36,089 nucleotides of DNA from a virus. The notes beneath the pieces are model-generated. The model did no database searches. It had not been told where the DNA came from and saw only the letters and a program-made list of their open reading frames with translations. A program made the position numbers and the translations under genes. Position 1 is the first letter of the stretch. Each line of letters opens with the position of its first letter. The stretch spans positions 1 through 36,089 of IMG/VR virus record IMGVR_UViG_3300045988_025132; one strand, written 5' to 3'. This document shows, piece by piece, positions 33,701 to 36,089 of the stretch.

Positions 33701-35485
33701 CCAAATACCACTAGCAAAGTTTTTACCAATGCTGAAAACAGCACCTAAACTGTCTTTGGTTTCCTTAAAGAAAGCTACAATTTTAGGGGCATTGTTAGCG
33801 ATGCTCTTACTCAGATTATCGACAAACTTATTGAGACCGTCCATTAATCCATTAAGCTTATCTGTACCATTCCCAAGATTAAACACCTTAGAGAAGGAAT
33901 CCATGATAGTGCCTAATCCTTTTGAAACATGCTCTCCAAGCTCTTTGAATTTGCCTTCAGTTTTAGGATCAGCAACCCAATTACCAATCTGTTGCAAGAA
34001 TGGATTTTTCATTTTGTCGATCGGGTCACGGAAGGCAGCTACTACGGAAGGCATACGGGACTGAAGTGTTCTTTCAAGGCCTCCGATAGTCGTTGAGAAG
34101 TTGGTAGTGGCATCCTTGTACTTTTCTTGCAACTCAAACAGGGCTTTTTGTGCCATCTCTGCGGTGATTTTCCCATCACTTTGCAATTGAGCATATTGCT
34201 CTTGAGTCATGTTTGCAATGCCCAGCTCTTGCCCCGCTACTTCTCTAAGTTGGTTCTTCATTTCCGGAAAGACATTGATAATTGACATCATGTCCTGCCC
34301 TTGGACTTTACCGTTGGCAATCATTTGCGCCCACTGTGTGGAGAAGTTTTCAACCGCTGCATCTGTTTGACCAAAAGCGTCTTGTAAGGTCAAAATAGCT
34401 TGAGTCTGCTGTTTGGTTAAATCTACGTTATGGGTGACGGCATAGAATTTTTGGTTCATGCCATCGACCATCTCAGCTGAGTTAGCCGCTGCCTGTGCCA
34501 TTTGATTGGTCATGTCGACCATCTTCTTACCCTCTTCGGCATTACCCGTTAAGGTCAACCAAGTGGCATTCATGGTCTGTTGATATTTAACGTATTCAGC
34601 GCTGGACTGTGCTATCTCGTCAAACTTACCCTTGATAGAGCCCAATGCATTTTGGAAACCAGAACTAATCAAATTAGCAGCAAACGTAGCGCCGAAAACC
34701 CCTTTTAATCGTGAGGTTTTCTTTTCAGTTTCATCAACTTCATTCCCTAAATGTTTGAAGCTGTTTTTTAAACGTCCGATAAGCGTGCTAGACTGTTGAC
34801 TTTGCTTAATCTCATCATTCAGTTTATCAGCGGCATTTCTAGTATGCGCTAGACTCGTCGCTGTTTCGTCTAAGCGTTGCTTTTGCTTACGGTATTCATC
34901 GCTAGTCTTTCCTGCTTGAGTAGCGATACGCTCAAGCATTTCCTTTTGGGTCTCGTATTGCTTATTTAGGTTAGAGATTGCTCCCTTGTATTGCTTGAGC
35001 TGTTCCTGCCTAGCTTCGTCTTCCTTGCCCTCTGCCTTTAAACGCTTGACGTAGGTATCAGATGCCTCGTTATGGGCCTTGTATTCCTTTTGAAGCTCTG
35101 CTAAACCAGATTTATGATAATCTAGACTATTCCTAGCTTGACGCTGTTGATTTTCCAACGCAGCTAAGCGTGTAGTAGCTTGGTCAATCTGTTGTTGGTA
35201 TTTTAGGTATTGTTCAGCGACTTCTACAGTGCTTCCTTTAAGTTGAGACTGTTCTTGTTTCAGTTTCTCAATCTTGTTTTGTTGGTTTTGAATAGAATTA
35301 CCCAAACCGTCATACTTAGCCTGTGCAGCACCTAAGTAGTCACCAGCGCTACGCATTTGGCTCTCTTGTGCCTTCCATGCGTTAGTAGAACTATTGACCA
35401 ACTGAGTTAATCGTTTAATCGAGTTAGCCGCTTGTAGCGTATCCAAGGCGATTTCCGTAGACATGGTAGCTTGTACTTTTGCCAT
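30791..35485 (-). CDS. Tape measure protein with C-terminal CHAP and lytic transglycosylase (SLT) domains
   Basis: 1564 aa with an N-terminal coiled coil, TM segments and Trp-containing repeats. The CHAP-like region is PWGYYYRECVSF...NHVDFV (about 31700-32060). The SLT region is TIQRESGGNP...GLMQ (about 31230-31470). Confidence 0.9.
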   Translation of the reverse strand: MAKVQATMSTEIALDTLQAANSIKRLTQLVNSSTNAWKAQESQMRSAGDYLGAAQAKYDGLGNSIQNQQNKIEKLKQEQSQLKGSTVEVAEQYLKYQQQIDQATTRLAALENQQRQARNSLDYHKSGLAELQKEYKAHNEASDTYVKRLKAEGKEDEARQEQLKQYKGAISNLNKQYETQKEMLERIATQAGKTSDEYRKQKQRLDETATSLAHTRNAADKLNDEIKQSQQSSTLIGRLKNSFKHLGNEVDETEKKTSRLKGVFGATFAANLISSGFQNALGSIKGKFDEIAQSSAEYVKYQQTMNATWLTLTGNAEEGKKMVDMTNQMAQAAANSAEMVDGMNQKFYAVTHNVDLTKQQTQAILTLQDAFGQTDAAVENFSTQWAQMIANGKVQGQDMMSIINVFPEMKNQLREVAGQELGIANMTQEQYAQLQSDGKITAEMAQKALFELQEKYKDATTNFSTTIGGLERTLQSRMPSVVAAFRDPIDKMKNPFLQQIGNWVADPKTEGKFKELGEHVSKGLGTIMDSFSKVFNLGNGTDKLNGLMDGLNKFVDNLSKSIANNAPKIVAFFKETKDSLGAVFSIGKNFASGIWEVAVDMIKGVAGAFNLMTGNGKNAKGQVTSLSNALGSIAKHKTAIETVGSLFAAYFVGSKIANGITAVVKGIRAWKTATAGMTVAQKALNLALASNPIGLVVVGITTAIAAFVMLYKHNEKFKKSVDNLVKSFKKVFGSIGKFFSKVGKGYKKSSDEQLKITEKHNEEMNKLWSKNWNNLKRGASKFWDNIVNKTKKSTSENAELIKQRGNEISDRWNKTWKSMKGFISDTWNDIKGNTKQSVSNLAKSVKDKHDEIHSKWSETWNKSKDFLSGRWDDMNADTKKKFGKDLKGLLFSNLDAIGSKFQDIWNGIRNGFSDMWNGLKDLAGNGINAVIKIPNDGIDGINGLIHDFGGPKNAIGKIPKVKFADGTGLFSSYRNPITRPTLATLNDGNDSPETNNQEMVILPNGKSFLPQGRNVEYLLPAGSEVINASELAMLTGVERGAFAKGTGFWSKIWNTATNVAGSVWDGMKNGVDKFMKMIGFITDTVKDPVGTLTKKFSPNADKLAAMFNPLGNALYKKPVGEAKNWWKELWSMANASMDEGTVAIGAKGDDYRFKDKAKDAGADPWGYYYRECVSFIASRLANLGVNPSLFSHLGNGNQWVSARVPHLSRPKPGVVSVYTGGPVSSNHVDFVTAVHGDTYDGEDYNYNGDGKYHQFTGRHVKNAATFLDFGVRDFGSSGDSGKSLKDRNNPLQTLIKRQVGGMFDWIKKTLGPLLSPAGGGEDHPQGTGVARWRETVVKALQANGIEPNDFRVSKILATIQRESGGNPTVQNNWDSNARAGHPSIGLMQTIGPTFNAYKHKGHDNIRNGYDNLLAAINYIKHRYGTSDAAFSRVAAYGYANGGLVHKNGVYELAEGDMPEYVIPTDIAKRGRAWRLLSEAVARFAGDAPQSNHDSTPNHERVSVLESKLDVMIGLLSQLVTNGSKPIEIQNIIDGRSVSNGLAPFMTKATNEYERRQALLGGSII

Positions 35486-35512
35486 GTTATATTCCCTCCT
35501 TTCCTTAAAAAA

Positions 35513-35716
35513 TTAGAGTAAAGATGTTGGGTCTACCATCCTATCCTCTTCCTCTTTTGCATTCAAGATTTTCATCAATTCATAATAATCAGTGTCGTAA
35601 TACTGATCTAGTGTCCACCCAAAGCCTTGGATTGATTTCTTAGCAATGGTTTTCAAATCTTCAATGCGATTTTCTAAATCAAAAATTTGTTCGCCTTTAG
35701 ATTTTAGTCTTTTGGG
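35513..35716 (-). CDS. gpT-like extension reached by a -1 frameshift (tail assembly chaperone GT product)
   Basis: After the slip the -1 frame is open for about 66 codons (RLKSKGEQIFDLENRIEDLKTIAKKSIQGFGWTLDQYYDTDYYELMKILNAKEEEDRMVDPTSLL) and ends at 35513, just before the tape measure RBS. Confidence 0.7.
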   Translation of the reverse strand, partial: PKRLKSKGEQIFDLENRIEDLKTIAKKSIQGFGWTLDQYYDTDYYELMKILNAKEEEDRMVDPTSLL

Positions 35717-36057
35717 TCAACTTCACCAGAGGCATTTTCAAGTTGTTTGTCTGTCAATCCGTACATATAGCCAACCAATTTTTCGGCGATCTCTTGTGTG
35801 CGTTGATTTTCCAAATCGAGTAACTTGTCATAATCTTCATCATTCAAGTTAAGAACAGCACGGATAAAGCCAAGCATCTCTTTAAGTATTGAGTAACTAC
35901 CTTGAGCCTGCTCTTGTGTGTCGCCATCTTCGATTGTGTCACTGATTTTAAGTACTGCTAACTGATACTCATGCATACGCAATACATTGCGGTTGCTTGT
36001 AGTTACTGTGAATGGTTTTTTACTGATTTCTGGGATTTTAATAGTTCTGATTTCCAT
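35704..36057 (-). CDS. Tail assembly chaperone (gpG-like)
   Basis: 117-aa acidic protein between the major tail protein and the tape measure (across the circular junction). RBS AAAGGAG. Confidence 0.75.
   Translation of the reverse strand: MEIRTIKIPEISKKPFTVTTSNRNVLRMHEYQLAVLKISDTIEDGDTQEQAQGSYSILKEMLGFIRAVLNLNDEDYDKLLDLENQRTQEIAEKLVGYMYGLTDKQLENASGEVDPKD
35710..35716 (-). promoter_or_regulatory. -1 programmed ribosomal frameshift slippery heptamer C CCA AAA
   Basis: This is an X XXY YYZ heptamer in the zero frame of the gpG-like ORF, ending one codon (GAC) before its stop codon. Confidence 0.7.
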
Positions 36058-36089
36058 TATGGTCTTACTCCTTTTAAAAAAAAAAAAAT
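35971..36089. repeat. Terminal overlap identical to 1-119
   Basis: See the feature at 1-119. Confidence 0.95.

Noticed and set aside
1-36089. CRISPR array, rRNA, transposase/IS element or integrase
   Set aside because: No regularly spaced repeat-spacer pattern, no rRNA-like sequence and no recombinase- or transposase-like ORF was seen on either strand.

Overview
This window looks like a complete, circularly permuted genome of about 35.97 kb from a cos-type Streptococcus siphophage. It resembles the S. thermophilus Sfi21/DT1-like (Moineauvirus) group. Bases 1-119 are identical to 35971-36089, and the junction lies inside a tail-chaperone gene, so this is an assembly overlap rather than a physical terminal repeat. 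Every credible gene is on the minus strand.

Modules in transcription order (descending coordinates):
- Consensus early promoter and cro-like HTH gene (19.9 kb), a membrane protein, and a KilAC antirepressor.
- A structured non-coding region of about 650 bp.
- Replication and recombination genes: an iteron-containing RepA_N/DnaD initiator, a DnaC-like loader, RecT, a Cas4-like PD-(D/E)XK nuclease, an NTase-like protein, SSB, a free-standing HNH homing endonuclease, RusA and a MazG-like protein.
- Several unknown genes, a late-activator-like gene, the packaging HNH, a candidate cos region and terS.
- A terL that is interrupted just before its Walker B motif.
- Portal, ClpP-like protease, HK97-type capsid, connector genes and major tail protein.
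- Wrapping round the circle: gpG/gpGT chaperones with a CCCAAAA -1 frameshift site, a tape measure protein carrying CHAP and SLT domains, Dit, a Tal/host-specificity protein with collagen-like repeats, and a baseplate/RBP-like protein.
- Two holin-type proteins and a Pal-like amidase lysin split by an ORF-less group I intron.
- An accessory locus between the lysin and the early promoter. It holds an AcrIIA6-like anti-CRISPR gene and an uncharacterised 105-aa gene. Each is driven by a copy of the same consensus-promoter/palindrome/leader cassette.

No integrase or CI-type repressor is present, so the phage appears virulent. All family assignments come from motif recognition by eye and need a database search to confirm.
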